The notes under the pieces were generated by a model. That model had not been told where the DNA came from and did not search any database. It saw only the letters and a program-made list of their open reading frames with translations. The position numbers and the translations under genes are program-made. A stretch of DNA of 62,928 nt, counting the filler, from Neolecta irregularis DAH-3 (lineage: Eukaryota): NCBI GenBank assembly GCA_001929475.1. It is 18 parts of 18 records of this genome, joined end to end, with 100 filler letters (N's around TTAATTAATTAA, not from the genome) between each part and the next. Parts side by side here need not be neighbours in the genome. Positions count along the whole stretch, not along the records: positions 24,385 to 29,243 come from LXFE01001186.1; positions 29,344 to 34,990 come from LXFE01001187.1; positions 35,091 to 43,099 come from LXFE01001189.1; 15 more parts are not named here. One strand, 5' to 3'. This document shows positions 25,020 to 37,554 of the stretch, piece after piece (the stretch's first letter is position 1; every line of letters starts with the position of its first letter).

Positions 25020-25683
25020 TTGTTGGAGGGGCGATTGGTATTTCCGTTCGTAATTGTCTGAACGTTGTCGATGAAATACTCTGTCGTCTCGATATCTCGG
25101 ATGAATCAGCGGGTGAACCCATAAATGCCAAGACTACAGGCGATCGCTGGCCTACGTTAAGGGCAAATCAACCCCGATAACTTTTGACATCTCGGAAGGA
25201 ATTGCTTGCATGGACAATCGATGTCCAGTCATTTCCACCCAAAAAGGCCTTGCTACGGTCGATGGCGGAATACACTTATGACTCTGTCCAAAAGAAGGTC
25301 CTTTTCTTGGGTCCTACATAAAATGTTTGTATTTCTCGTGTCATATATCAAGAATCAGGCCAACCGTCATTCTGACATCTTTGCACTACCGCTCAGATTA
25401 CTCTCATCCATCTTCTTCATGCATTTTCATCTTCTCTAACCTCTTCTCTATTCTTCCCCCACTTAATGCTCGATTTTATTCACTTTCAAATGACCCATCA
25501 ATATTATCTCATACGGGAAAACACATCCTTGTTCGTCGACAGGGAAAAACTATCTGGAGCGTTCTGAATAAAGAAAATGGCGCAATTGGAATGGCGCAGG
25601 ATATCATGGATGCAATAATTGATGTTGGCATAGAACATGGCCGATTGACTCCTGATGAAAAGGTTTGGACAGAATGGCATTGA
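25020..25683 (+). pseudogene. Degenerate diflavin oxidoreductase (CPR/MTRR-like) fragments
   Basis: AIGISVRN...VDEIL, PKKALLRSMAEYT, LPPLNARFYSLSNDP, VRRQGKTIWSVLNKENGA..MAQDI; frameshifts and a large internal deletion. Confidence 0.6.
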
Positions 25684-25774
25684 GGCCGGCTGCATAAGGA
25701 GACTTGGGGATGAAGGCTTTTCGTTATACCCCAATTTAATACGCTTTTTCCTTTGATAGATCTCGGTTTACTTA

Positions 25775-26828
25775 TTATTTTAACCCTTTTCCATCCCATT
25801 TATCCCAGAAAGCAATTTTATTTCTCAGATTTAACCCAACTTTACGTACTCTTCCAAGACGAGCAATAGCAGCCATTACTGGTACTGTCATATCATCTTC
25901 ATCAGCAAGCAGAGGCATTGCTAATCTTCGAATCTTCAGCTCTCGAGAGGGCAAGGAACAGATATTCCAGAGATTGATCAGAAACGTTGGTGGAATAGGA
26001 ATCGATGTATCTGTCGGAGAGTATCGCAGATAACAAACGTAAATATTAGCTTTGGATCTGGACAAAGACCTGAGACAACTGGTGGAGCAAAGTAGAGCTC
26101 TACCGTTTGTAGTGGTTCCCTAAGATCAATTCAAATCTCATTGGACCATACGTGCCTCTGGGAATACGGCCACAATTCTACTGGAATTGCGGTGGAGAAC
26201 TTCGTTCAACGGATATGTTTGTGAGGTTGGGGTGAGTAAAGGTCTGCGAGTACATCGCCACAGCGCTTTTATAAATCCGATTGGCTCCACATTCTCGGTA
26301 TCTGGGAAGCAGGTAACGAAGACTGGATCGTATCTATAATATGAGATTTGTTTTCCGTTATAATCGTGCTTCATTGCCAGATACACTATATCGAGAATGC
26401 TTTGATGATTCGAAGTTATCAAGCTTCCAGATCTCACGTAGATGTCTCCATCTCTACACGTGGTTAAATTCTACTTTTGTTTAGCACGAAGCACTTCTTT
26501 GGTCTGTCGACTTGTTCAGAAATCCACCAGAACCCCCCAATCAGCAGTCCGAACCTTAGAATTGCCCATTGCAGCCACCTTAGAAGAAAGGGTGCAGCGA
26601 ATCTTAGGACCGGGTTTAGTACCAGGGGAAATGAAATGAGGAAGAGAAGGATAAGTATAAGAAGAACAGGGAATCGAATAGTCGCAAAGATTGCACCAAA
26701 TAAGGCCGATGAATGTGTAGAAGCCCGTTTATTAGGCAAAAAAGGTGCAATTCCCGTCCCTGAAATGGTTGAGACGATAAATCGACCTTAATATTACCTG
26801 GGTCTCGCCACTGTGTATACCTTTCCAT
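25775..26828 (-). CDS. LOA1: Lysophosphatidic acid acyltransferase Loa1/Vps66 (spliced)
   Basis: MERYTQWRDPG-TGIAPFLP N-terminus, NHQSILD (HX4D), VAVFPEA, TTTNGRALL. Confidence 0.88.
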
Positions 26829-28463
26829 GCTGATACGACCGTGATACAAAACTGGAGGCGGAGGTTTTCAAAGGCTCTAGCAACTTCCCCAGAACTGCAC
26901 CACCGACAGTAGCAACAGTACTACAGTTGTATGAACAGAATAAAATCGAGAGCAGGAGCCTGCAAAATGGGATTGCAATCGCTGAATTTTACATTAATTT
27001 TATCTGCATATGGACATGGACATGAGTTTGTAATGGCAAATTTATCGAACATCAATCGTGACTTGAAGGGTGACCAGAGAGTACCATGGCTCTTAAGCTG
27101 CCTGATATGTAAAGGACTATTATCTCTATGGGTAAATGAATGTATTTAATCAACAACTGCCCTTATTACCAATATATCTAGTGAGAAATTGAAGAATAGA
27201 TACTTCGGCACTCCTCCAAATTGATTATCTGAGATATCTTTCTGCAAGCGAGTAGAATCTTTCTGATTGCAGTCTGCTAAAAATGACCAGCATCAGGTTA
27301 CCAAGATATTACTAGAGTTCATTAGAAAAAAATATCTAAATAACAGCTCAAAAAGCAGGAATGGTCATCCCCTAGACAATTCATCTCAATTGCAATTAAT
27401 TCGTCGTCCCTAGATTCTGATGGGGTTGTCACAAGCTTGACAATCGCATTGCAGGCAACATCATCTCATACTCTAGCAGTGAATGAATCTAAAGAATTCA
27501 AATGTTTTTCGGCGCCGGGTGGCAGGTTTGAGCCACTCGCCCGCCCGTGGGAGAGGATTCAGTGGGGCGGGCGGGCGGCTGGACACACTGACATGCTCTT
27601 GAGGGAATTGCAGCGTGGTAGCTGGCAGGGGAGCAAGAGGAAGGGTGAGACCCACATTCCTGGAAAAAGATTTTACCAGCAATGTTGGTCTTGAGACGCC
27701 TGCGACTTACTTGCTTCGCTAGAAGATTCACCTCCTCCACAAATCCTGACTCAGAATTGATATACTTTGACCCACAATCGTCTACTTTATCCTCTTCAAT
27801 ATCCAACTCCTCCGAAATTCTTGACGGGTGACGAAATTGAAAGCAGAAATCTAAGGGGTAGAACGTGAGACACAGGATAGGAAACAAGTGGAAATTTCAC
27901 TGACTCTGCAACATGTGTATAATGTAGTAAACGCGTGTCACACGCAGGTTGTAGCGAAGGTTTGAAGGGATTTCATAGTTGTAATAGATTGGTGGGTTAT
28001 TGGTGAGCGCGGCAATATTGGTCTTCCCGGATCTTTGGAGATCGGTATCAGAAGAATTGTAATATGATTGGCTATCTAACAAGAGTGGAAGTGGGCCTCC
28101 TTTTATAGCCATTGCTGGCAAGGCGGTCCTACAGGTCTATGTGGGGGAGAAACAAGGAAAGACAATACTGGGACAGGGTGGCGGGTCGAGGAGTGCAACC
28201 GCTGAGAGCTGCGGCACTCCTGATTTCCTAGGTAAGAGATCTATAATAGTAATTGAAATAAGCTGAGACTGAGAGGAGAGGAGAGAAGGAGGCAGGTTGA
28301 GGGCGTGGAGGCGTCCTAGAGCTGTCTCAAAAGGTAGAAATCTATGATGTCGAGGGTGAGACACGGAGTAAGAAAGAGTTCATTGCAAATTTCACCGGCT
28401 CTGCAACATGCGGTTAGGTAGGACACGTGAGATAGACAACCACCAACAATTATTGTTTCTAAC

Positions 28464-29243
28464 ATGGCTGCGCTCTCCACCCACACCGGCGAGCACGCGC
28501 TGCAGGTCCTTTACCGCGCGATGTCTGCACCGTCTGTGTCTGGGTGTGACAGCGATTCTGCAGCGATTACGGCGACGATGGGGCGGCGAAGCAAGCGTGC
28601 GTTTGTAGCCCACCGCCCGCTGCTGCACTCGCGGGTGCCATCCTATGGCCGGAATCTCAATAAACTAGCGCCTGCTGGCGGAGGAGCACTCTTGCCCCGT
28701 CCTGGGAGCGGCCTGCGACTGGAATCGCGCCTGCAAAACCTGCCGGGTGCAAGTACCGGAGATGGTGATGGTGATGCGGAATGGGGCGAGATGTCTACCG
28801 AAACTTCGCGCGAGCACAGCAGCGACGGCACAAACGCGCCTGCAAGTGCTGCAGTTATTGCTACTGGCACTACCAACGGCAGACCAACCACCACCGACAG
28901 ACCAACCACCACCAACGGCAGACCAACCACCACGCCAACCCCCAAAGTACGCTTCAACACTGGCGATTCTGGAAGCGACAACGACAACGACAACGACGAC
29001 TGCCGCACTCCGCCGACGCCTCCGCCCGCGCGATCTACGCCGCGACTGCTTCAGCGCCAGCCCTCGTCAATTCTCGCGCCCACGCTCACGCCGCACACCG
29101 CCGTCTCTATTTCGCAGGCGCCCGCAACGAGCCCCGCCCGCTCGTCTGCGTTTGTGCCAGACAGCCCGCACCGCCGTGCCAGTCCGTCGCCGCCGCCGCT
29201 GTCGTCGCACGGCCCAAATCGCACCCAGCAGAAAATATGGCTG
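28464..29243 (+). CDS. TCO89: TORC1 subunit Tco89-like, truncated by the gap (start may be ATG near 28578)
   Basis: HSRVPSYGRNLNKL and NRTQQKIWL motifs in a disordered S/T/P-rich protein. Confidence 0.6.
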
Positions 29244-29924
29244 NNNNNNNNNNNNNNNNNNNNNNNNNNNNNNNNNNNNNNNNNNNNTTAATTAATTAAN
29301 NNNNNNNNNNNNNNNNNNNNNNNNNNNNNNNNNNNNNNNNNNNCAGATCCTCATGCAAAGAAAAAAGTAGACAATTGTAATCGAATGGATGATAAAGCAA
29401 CTAGACTTTCTTTTCTAGGAATGACGACTCGTAAGAAATCATAGAATATTCCTTGCAAAAGCGAAGAAGAAAAATTAAATTACGTCTCGCAACTCTAGAT
29501 TTTCCGACCGGGGGTGTCATACACCGAAAAAGGAACAAGTTAATCAAGATGTATATTCATTGAAAACAAGTTGGACAAAAGTACCGCTACCGGGAGGCTG
29601 AGAACTACATGCCAAAGAAGAAGAAAATAATGTCGTGCATATGACGAACCGCCAAAGTCCTATCCAAAGATCAAAAGGCAGTAGATTAACGAAAAAACAT
29701 TTCTCTCAGACATTTCAATATCGCTTATTCAACATGAATAAATAAAAAGCGAAATTTGAATAGTGTCATCAAAGTCGAAGAAAAGAATTAGCGTGAGGGA
29801 GAGAAAATTTATAGGGACGACGGGGACATGTGACCTTTGTCGACTTTTAAGCCAGCGACTGGTCCTGTAAATTACTACTGTAGTATATCCTTACAAGCCC
29901 ACTATCTGAAGAAGAAAACAAGAA

Positions 29925-30732
29925 ATGCAGGACGTTATTCTTGAGACTACGATGGTTACTCGATGATTATATGTGGTTTCTAAGTTGTAGGGTGATTTAA
30001 CGATTGAGCTGTATGATAAGCATGCTCCACAAGTATGTTTTTCTTTTCGTTAGAGATAGATTAATAGTAATAGACTTGTAAGAATTTTTACGATCTCGTA
30101 TGTGTCTAGGTGATATGGGTGCTAAAGACAGGCGAAGAAAGGGTATTATAACGGAGTGATGGTTTGTCTGTTGTTGTAACTTTTGCTGAGGGCAGTTTCA
30201 TCGAATTATTCCGGTACGTCAATGCATTGATTTATCGCTGATATGACCAAGGACTTTATGATTCAAGGTGGCGATCCGTATGTTGTGTGTGGGTATTATT
30301 CTTACTGGACAGGACAGAGACTGGACGCGGGGGAACGAGTATATACGGGTAGAGTACTAAGGATGGAGGGACACTGACGATGGACAGGGATAAGTTCGAT
30401 GACGAGATCCATCCAGAATTGAAGCATGCTGGAGCAGGAATCTTGTCGATGGCTAATTCAGGTATTATCTCGGTTTATGAAAGCTGGCTGATTGTGATAG
30501 GGCCCAATACGAATGGATCCCAAGTGTCATTTTACCATAGTTTGGATTTCTAACGAGCTAGTTTTTCATCACGCTTGCGCCTACACCATGGCTAGATGAA
30601 AAGCATACGATATTTGGTCGAATTAAAAGTGGAATGAGGATTGTTAAGCGAATAGGATTGGTCAAGACGGATGCCAATGATAAGCCAGTCGACCGGGTAG
30701 AAATTCGAAAAGCTAGAATAGAGGAAATTTGA
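29925..30732 (+). CDS. Cyclophilin, PPIL1 type, with 9 short introns
   Basis: Spliced product [80 protein letters not shown]. Confidence 0.92.
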
Positions 30733-31860
30733 AACAGAAATGATGAAATTCCCATGTATTATGTTTTGAGATGTTATTTATAGAGCAAGTAATGGGTAGC
30801 GCGGTCAGGTATTATCCCACAACTATATTTGATCAAATAACGATATCAAGCGGTCCCCGGCGAATTCCTCGATTTGTAATGATTGCAAGATTTTCGGCGC
30901 TTGTGTGGGACGGTTACACAGGTTAATCAAAGTATGAAATAATTTAGCCGTTTGAGCCAACGAGTTCAGCCGCCCCAGGTTCATTTGCTTTGGCGCCAGT
31001 GTGAGACTAGGGCGAGACACGTAGTGATGAGCAAGAGATACGGTGGGACTAGGTGTGTAGAGATGGCTAGATACCAGATGTCGAGATACGTAGAACAAGA
31101 TAGATGGCTAGATACGCAGAACGGGACTAGACAACGGCAGAGGGGAGGGGGCGATCAGCGGGGCGGGAACCCTGCAGGCTGCCAACCCCGGAAGACGAGG
31201 GAGATGAAGGGTCTAGACTCTGGCGCGGCTAGCGCGTCATCATCGTCACAGGCAATAGTTTCAATCTAATATGGCGAGGTTAGATTATCTCGAGTGCTTA
31301 GCGCGCGGCGGGCTGTGGGTTATCAGGCTCCGGATCTGTGAGAGCACCGCCGCTCTACTGCTGTGTGCTACTAATGTTGCTGCTAATGGCGGGGATAGGC
31401 AGGTGTTTGGAGGGGAGAGAGGGGACGAGAGGGCGGGGGCAGAAGAGAGACAGACCGGCAAAAAGGCAGTGTTCATTTCCGGGATCTGGACAAACAACGG
31501 TCAATATCCTCGGGGGGGCGCTCAGCCATGGCGCCTGGGTCGAATTTCTCAAACCAGGCGGGACTTGCACCCCGCCCACCACAGTGACTGTCAGCACTGC
31601 CGGCCCCAGCTCTCGCTTGCGTCTGCCGCCCGCTATTGCTGCTGCTGTTGCTGCTGCTTCTTCTCCCGCTCGCTGCCCGTCGCCGCCTGTGCTAGCGGCT
31701 GACAAACGCTGCTAGTCCCCAGGCGTGGCCTTTTTCCGGGTGCTGTTCTGGTTTTATCCATATCGGTTGCGCGGCTGCTGCTGTTATCTGCTGCTGCCAT
31801 CTGCTGCTGCTGCTGCTCGATACCCGGCCCTCGACTGCAGCCCGCTACCCGGCCACCGCC

Positions 31861-32577
31861 ATGCCCGCCGAATCGCGACCCCGTCGAGGATCCCGCTCCA
31901 GCTCCGCCTCTGCGTCCTCTGCCCGCCTCATGTCGGTCGATTTCCTGACTGGCCACCTGCCCGAATCCAGTGCTGCGGCGCCCAAGCCCAGTGCTGCTGC
32001 TGCTACGGCTACTGCGGCATCCAGACCGCTCTCGTCCCAAGAAGGCCACGGCGCTGACAGAGCCCGCGTCCGCCTCCAGTTCGAAGACAGAGCCCGTGCC
32101 CAGAGCATCCCGCCCGCCAGACTGCCCGGCCACTACGAGAAACAGCGCCCAGTCCTCCCCGGCGTCCGCGAACTCACCTCGGGCATGGCCCCATACATCA
32201 TCCACCCTACACCGCCCTACTCCCCCATCATCGGCATCCACTCCTACCAAAACAACTCCCACCCACACCACTACCCCTACCCGCCCCTCCCCTACCCAGA
32301 CTACCCCCTCCCACAGCCCCACGCCCTCAAACCAAAACGCAAACGCGCAACCACCGCCCAGCTCACTACCCTCAACAAAATATTCGAAAAGACCTTCTTC
32401 CCCAGCACCGAACTCCGCGCCCGCCTTGGCACCCATCTAGGCATGCACCCCCGCACTGTCCAGATCTGGTTTCAGAATCGCCGGCAGCAGTGGCGGGCTC
32501 AAAACGGAGAGTGCGGCGGCACCACGGACGACGAACGCGGCGCATGGCAAGTATTACAAATGGAATTCGGCCGCTAA
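31861..32577 (+). CDS. Homeodomain transcription factor
   Basis: KPKRKRATTAQLTTLNKIFEKTFFPSTELRARLGTHLGMHPRTVQIWFQNRRQ. Confidence 0.9.
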   Translation: MPAESRPRRGSRSSSASASSARLMSVDFLTGHLPESSAAAPKPSAAAATATAASRPLSSQEGHGADRARVRLQFEDRARAQSIPPARLPGHYEKQRPVLPGVRELTSGMAPYIIHPTPPYSPIIGIHSYQNNSHPHHYPYPPLPYPDYPLPQPHALKPKRKRATTAQLTTLNKIFEKTFFPSTELRARLGTHLGMHPRTVQIWFQNRRQQWRAQNGECGGTTDDERGAWQVLQMEFGR

Positions 32578-33080
32578 CTTTCGTTCTTGTGTCACATCTC
32601 TCTCTCTCTCTCCTTCTCTTTCTCTCCATTTCCCTCTCTCATTCATGGAACAGTTGGCATCAATTCCTTCTTGCTTGTAAATATCATCTCATCATCCCTT
32701 TTTCATGTCTTGTAAATTAACTAATCTCATTCTCAATCACATTCACATCTTGTCAATCAATTCATTAATTTCGTATCTCTCATACATATTTCATTTACTC
32801 GAATGTTTCGCCAACTGTGGCGTTTTGAATCTCATTTCCGTGAATATCGTGGACCATTGTGGCGTCTTATTACATAGCGACATATATTTGTAGAATAATA
32901 GCATCGTCTAGCACCTAGCATACATACATCATGTATTACAGAATGTTAATATCAATTGTCGATCTTATTAATACATTATTAATTTAATGACGAATTATAA
33001 TTAATATTGTTATTAATACCATAAAATGATATTTGGGTCAGATGGTGGCTGGCGAACGCACCCTTAATCTGAATGGAACT

Positions 33081-33430
33081 CTAAACCTTGGCAAATCTCT
33101 TCAATAAATTGGTCCTTTTCAACTCGCATATAGCCTAAATTACGTTGGTCTTTTATATATTATTACTTGTAAGTTTCCTGGCGGCATTCATTCTTACTTT
33201 ATTACTAAACCTTGACAATTCTCTTCAATAAATTGGTCCTTTTCAACTCGCATATAGCCTAAATTACGTTGGTCTTTTATATATTATTATGTAAAAGTTT
33301 ACTCCCGGCGTTCATTTTTCTTTATTACACCAATCTATACAAATCTAAACCTCGACAATTCTCTTCAATAAGTTGGTCCTTTTAAACTCGCATATAGCTT
33401 AAATTACGTTGGTCTTGATATATTATTATT
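33081..33430 (+). repeat. Three tandem copies of an AT-rich unit (starts 33081, 33205, 33345)
   Basis: CTAAACCT...TCTCTTCAATAA.TTGGTCCTTT..AACTCGCATATAGC.TAAATTACGTTGGTCTT.. x3. Confidence 0.9.
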
Positions 33431-33525
33431 CCCAGAGAAACCTCATGGGAATCGCTCCACAGCGTCATTCTATTCCAACCTTAACACAGCGCTATATGAA
33501 TTCTTCTTGGCCATCCAACTCGAGA

Positions 33526-34720
33526 TCACGCAACTTTCCTTCCCAATGCAGCAATATCACCACCACTCCACCATCTTGCCGCCTTTACTATACCCGCAGG
33601 TAAGACCCTCATTAAACCCATATAGCGGACATATAGTGGCATCGAGAATTCCCCCCCGCGACCATCCTTGATGACTTGAACCACCTCCTTCGCGGCAGTA
33701 ATCCCTTCAATAACAGGCGCAACCAATTTATTCGGTGTTTCAACCTCGGAAAACATAGGCGTCGAAAGCTGGCCGAATATAAAGAGGGACTTTTGTATTG
33801 ATTCAGGGAGCTCGACGAGTAGTGACTCATGGAGAGTGAATAATGCAGCCTTTGAGGCGGCGTAAGAAGCTGCCAAGATTAGCGCCACCTTTCAATGTAC
33901 ATGCTTAGGTTTTGAAGACCAAGTGTACCGATAGCGGAAGATATTGAGACGATATGACCGTACGGGAGTTTCTGCATATCAGGCAAGAAGGCCTTGAGGG
34001 TATTAAAATGACCGAAAAGATTCACATCAATGACCCTATAGTGAGTCACTAAAGACAACAGAGTACATACCTTTGAATCTCTTCGTGAGTCTGCTCTAAA
34101 AGTGGTTTTCTCACCAAAATACCCGCATTGTTGATTAAAATTGAGACTATTCCTAGCTTGACTCATTAATATTTTGTGAATTGTAAACATACTCGTTCTT
34201 TGATTTTCAGCGCGACTTGTTCAACTTGTTCACGACTTGCAACATCACATTCGTAATATACGATATTATCTACCATCAGACACAAACCAGAATCACAGGT
34301 ACAATGTGAAAACTCTGGTTTGATGATATCGAGAACAACAACAGTAATGCCTTGAACTGCCAACAAATTCGATATTAATCCTCCAAGGCCACTCGAGCCT
34401 ATACAATTGACATCTGGCTGATAATTGTTTCATACCACCTGTGACGCAGACAATTTGATCCTGCCACACAATATTCTGTTTTAATCCAGCTCTTGCTAGT
34501 CGATTTATAACTTTGAGTGCAGAAAATAAGAGGTAGGTGCTGGTATCTTAATATACTTATATGGACCGCGCGTTACATCGTGATATACAAAACATAATTT
34601 GCAGCAGTAAAATCGAACAGCCCAATATTCACTTAAAATACTATCAATTCGAATCGAAACGATAAAGTATTCTTACTGCGAGAAGAGGGATAAAAGTTAT
34701 TAGGCAAGGTGGATTCAATG
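33526..34720 (-). CDS. Short-chain dehydrogenase/reductase (retinol dehydrogenase/TDA5-like), multi-intron; 5' end approximate
   Basis: IVCVTG-GSSGLG, CDVASREQV, INNAG, VNLFGHF, YAASKAA. Confidence 0.88.
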
Positions 34721-34924
34721 TGTCTTTAGTGGTGACTAAAATTTCGCGCTTGAGTTATCAGAATATAGCCTGTCAGAAAAAAATAAAAAGAGGATCCGCA
34801 CGTCTTCTTGTTAGACTACATTTCAAACCTCGCTTACAATAAATATAAAACATGCTCGCGCTGCTGTTTTCGCTTTGTATTTCTTACAAGCCGCGATTGA
34901 TACTGCAGATACATGTGTTGAGCA

Positions 34925-34990
34925 CAGGGTTCCTAACCGACTGGACCAGACCGACCAAGACCCCTGGTCTGGTCGGTCTGGACCGCTGGA
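34925..34990 (+). mobile_element. hAT-like MITE left end (CAGGGTTCC family)
   Basis: Matches the reverse complement of the element ending at 5281. Confidence 0.75.
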
Positions 34991-35352
34991 NNNNNNNNNN
35001 NNNNNNNNNNNNNNNNNNNNNNNNNNNNNNNNNNTTAATTAATTAANNNNNNNNNNNNNNNNNNNNNNNNNNNNNNNNNNNNNNNNNNNNAAGTCCAGAA
35101 TTGCAAGTAAAATAGCAAGTAAGTCCAAGCAAGCAAGTCCAAAGGCCTGAAATATGGAAGCAAGCAAGTCCAAAGTCCAGAATTGGACTTGCTTACTTGT
35201 TAGCAAGTCTGTTCCCACCTGCAATGGACCACCTGCGACCAGCCTCCCAGGACGCCAACCTGCCCCGGGCCAAACTGCGGTCAGCCTCCCACGATGCCAA
35301 CCTGTGATCCCGCCTGGTCACTCACAACCCGTGTTTCCGCCACAACAGTCGC

Positions 35353-35544
35353 TGTTAAGGATATACCCAATCGGTATACCTTACCAATACAGTAATCAGG
35401 CGTTGGTGGAATAAGAAGCGGAGTATATAGTTATACCTAGCCTGAGTTACTACACTTAGGCTTGGTATGTCCTGTACGGAGCTACAACACTTAGGCTAGA
35501 AATAACTCCTGGTCTTATTTGTAACTTCTGGCGTTAAGCTTACA
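35353..35544 (+). mobile_element. Solo LTR (192 bp) with near-perfect TSD GTCGC/GTCAC
   Basis: TGTTAAG...CTTACA; flanks at 35348-35352 and 35545-35549. Confidence 0.85.
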
Positions 35545-36702
35545 GTCACCGCCGCCTGTCTATCCTAATAATCAACCCCAGTCAGGTCAACCCCCTGTCC
35601 CACAAACAACGACTCCTAATTGTCCTGATGGACAAAATTGTCTCAATATTCCTCCCGTAAAACCTGTAACGCCTCCGACATCCGGCTGTACTAGCTCGGA
35701 TTGTCCAAAACCTCCGGTGCCTGTAACGACGACGACGTCCGACTGTCCTGGTGGAACGAATTGCCCTGTAGGCTCACAATCTACCCAGCCTCAAGTGCCC
35801 TGTACACACAGGGCTCTTCCTCCGCGAAGAATGTCGTTGGTGCTATTGCCGCAGTCGCTTTGTTTGTCATGTTGCTCTAAGCCTGCCTCTAGGATAGTTT
35901 TCATTAGATTTATGTCGGTGCGGAATTGAATATATTAATGAATTCGTTTCCTAAGTTACTTTCACCTTCAAGTTTGCCTCTTAATATAATTTATCCCTCA
36001 GTTGGAGTTTTTGGAAGTTGGACTGTATGATGATATGGGGTTTCTAACATTATTTTGTAAAGGTGGGTTACACTTTCATTTTAATGGGTTCAAATAATTT
36101 TCAAGGCGTGCTCGCCTTGTTCCCATGAGTCTCCTTCATTTCTGTTAAATTTAATCTTTACAAAAGTCTCCATTCGACGAGGGTACAATTCGTCTTGCAG
36201 TATACTCCCTCAAATCGTTTCAATACTCGAAATATACATTTCATAGTCAACATATATGTCTTACATATTTAATATTATACCACGAACTTAAACTCGCTCC
36301 ATGGTCGTCTGTATTTCCACCAAATAGGAGGCGCGGTCCAACTGCACTTGTTCCCCTTGACTTTGAAAAAGGGACATATAGGCCTCAAAGGTTGCGACAA
36401 CATCATTGTTATATCTGATTGGACAATTAAACAAATTCCGCCACTTTTTGAAGAATAATGCGTGTGGTTCACCTTATGTTGCCGGTGGTCCACTTAAAAT
36501 GTCTCTGACACTCACAATTTTCATCTCTACATACACACAGTTACTGTGAATAACCTCAATTGGTGAATCAACAATGATCTCAGTGTGCGTGACTGCATGC
36601 GCAGCTTTACCCCACAATTTGAGTATAAATGCCTCATGGTCCTGCGCTTTTTCTCATCAATTCGCTTCACTTCTGGCAATTAGCTTCAATAATTGAATCA
36701 CG

Positions 36703-37197
36703 ATGAACTACAAACTTCTCACTGTTATCCTCGCCACACAAGTTGCTGCTCACTGTATGCATTGATGCTAATTGGCATTGTCGTTGATGTTTCCTATAGG
36801 GCCCTCGAAACATCATGACGATCACGATCACGATCACGATCACGATGTCGCTAAAGCTAGTGCTTCTGCCAGAGCCATAGCCGAAGCGTTTGACGACTGC
36901 TCAAAAGCTTGTGCCAAAGCCTCCAGCCATGCCAAAGCTCGATCTTGCCGAGACGTATACTATTGTGCCTATTCAATCGTATTGATGTTTTAGGAATGTG
37001 GAGGTGCCAAAGCAAAGGCTCACGCAAATGCACATGCCAAAGCTAAGTGTCACGATGAAGACGAAGATAAGTGTCATGATGAAGACGAAGATAAGGCTCA
37101 TGCTGAAGCTAAGGCTCATGCCGAAGCTAAGGGTCATGCCGAAGCTAAGGCTCACGCCGAAGCTAAGGCTCATGAAGACGAAGATGAGGATTCCTAA
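36703..37197 (+). CDS. Small secreted His/Asp/Ala/Lys-repeat protein (3 exons, about 137 aa)
   Basis: TATAAA near 36624; MNYKLLTVILATQVAA signal; GTATGC..TAG and GTATAC..TAG introns keep frame; HDHDHDHD, (CHDEDEDK)x2, (AHAEAK-type)x4. Confidence 0.8.
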
Positions 37198-37554
37198 GGA
37201 TCTCCCACAGCCACCATTGGTGATTGAGTAAAATATAAAGTGCAATTACTTAGATTAGAATATACATGGTTTTATTTGTACTTCGATCACTTGCACTAAT
37301 CAACCGTGCTCAGCGCTCTATTAACCGCCTCCCCTACGCCCGTCACCTTACAAAAAAATACCCGACACATATTAGTCTAGTGTTTACAATGGGCCGCATT
37401 AAAAGCCCATGGACCAGGCCACGGGAAAAGCTCCGGGCATATCGCCTGATATTAGATAGTATGTTGAATGCTTATTTGCCCCAAGTGCTTGGCGTTTGGT
37501 AAACCACGTGTTTCCCCACATAAAGCCTCGGTTCGCCGAATCGTTTCTTGCAAA

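Noticed and set aside
33081-33430. CRISPR-like repeat-spacer array
   Set aside because: Repeats are too long, linkers are related to each other, the context is eukaryotic and there are no cas genes
36998-37231. Met/Lys-rich ORF (MPKLRL repeats)
   Set aside because: Wrong frame of the last exon of the His-rich secreted protein
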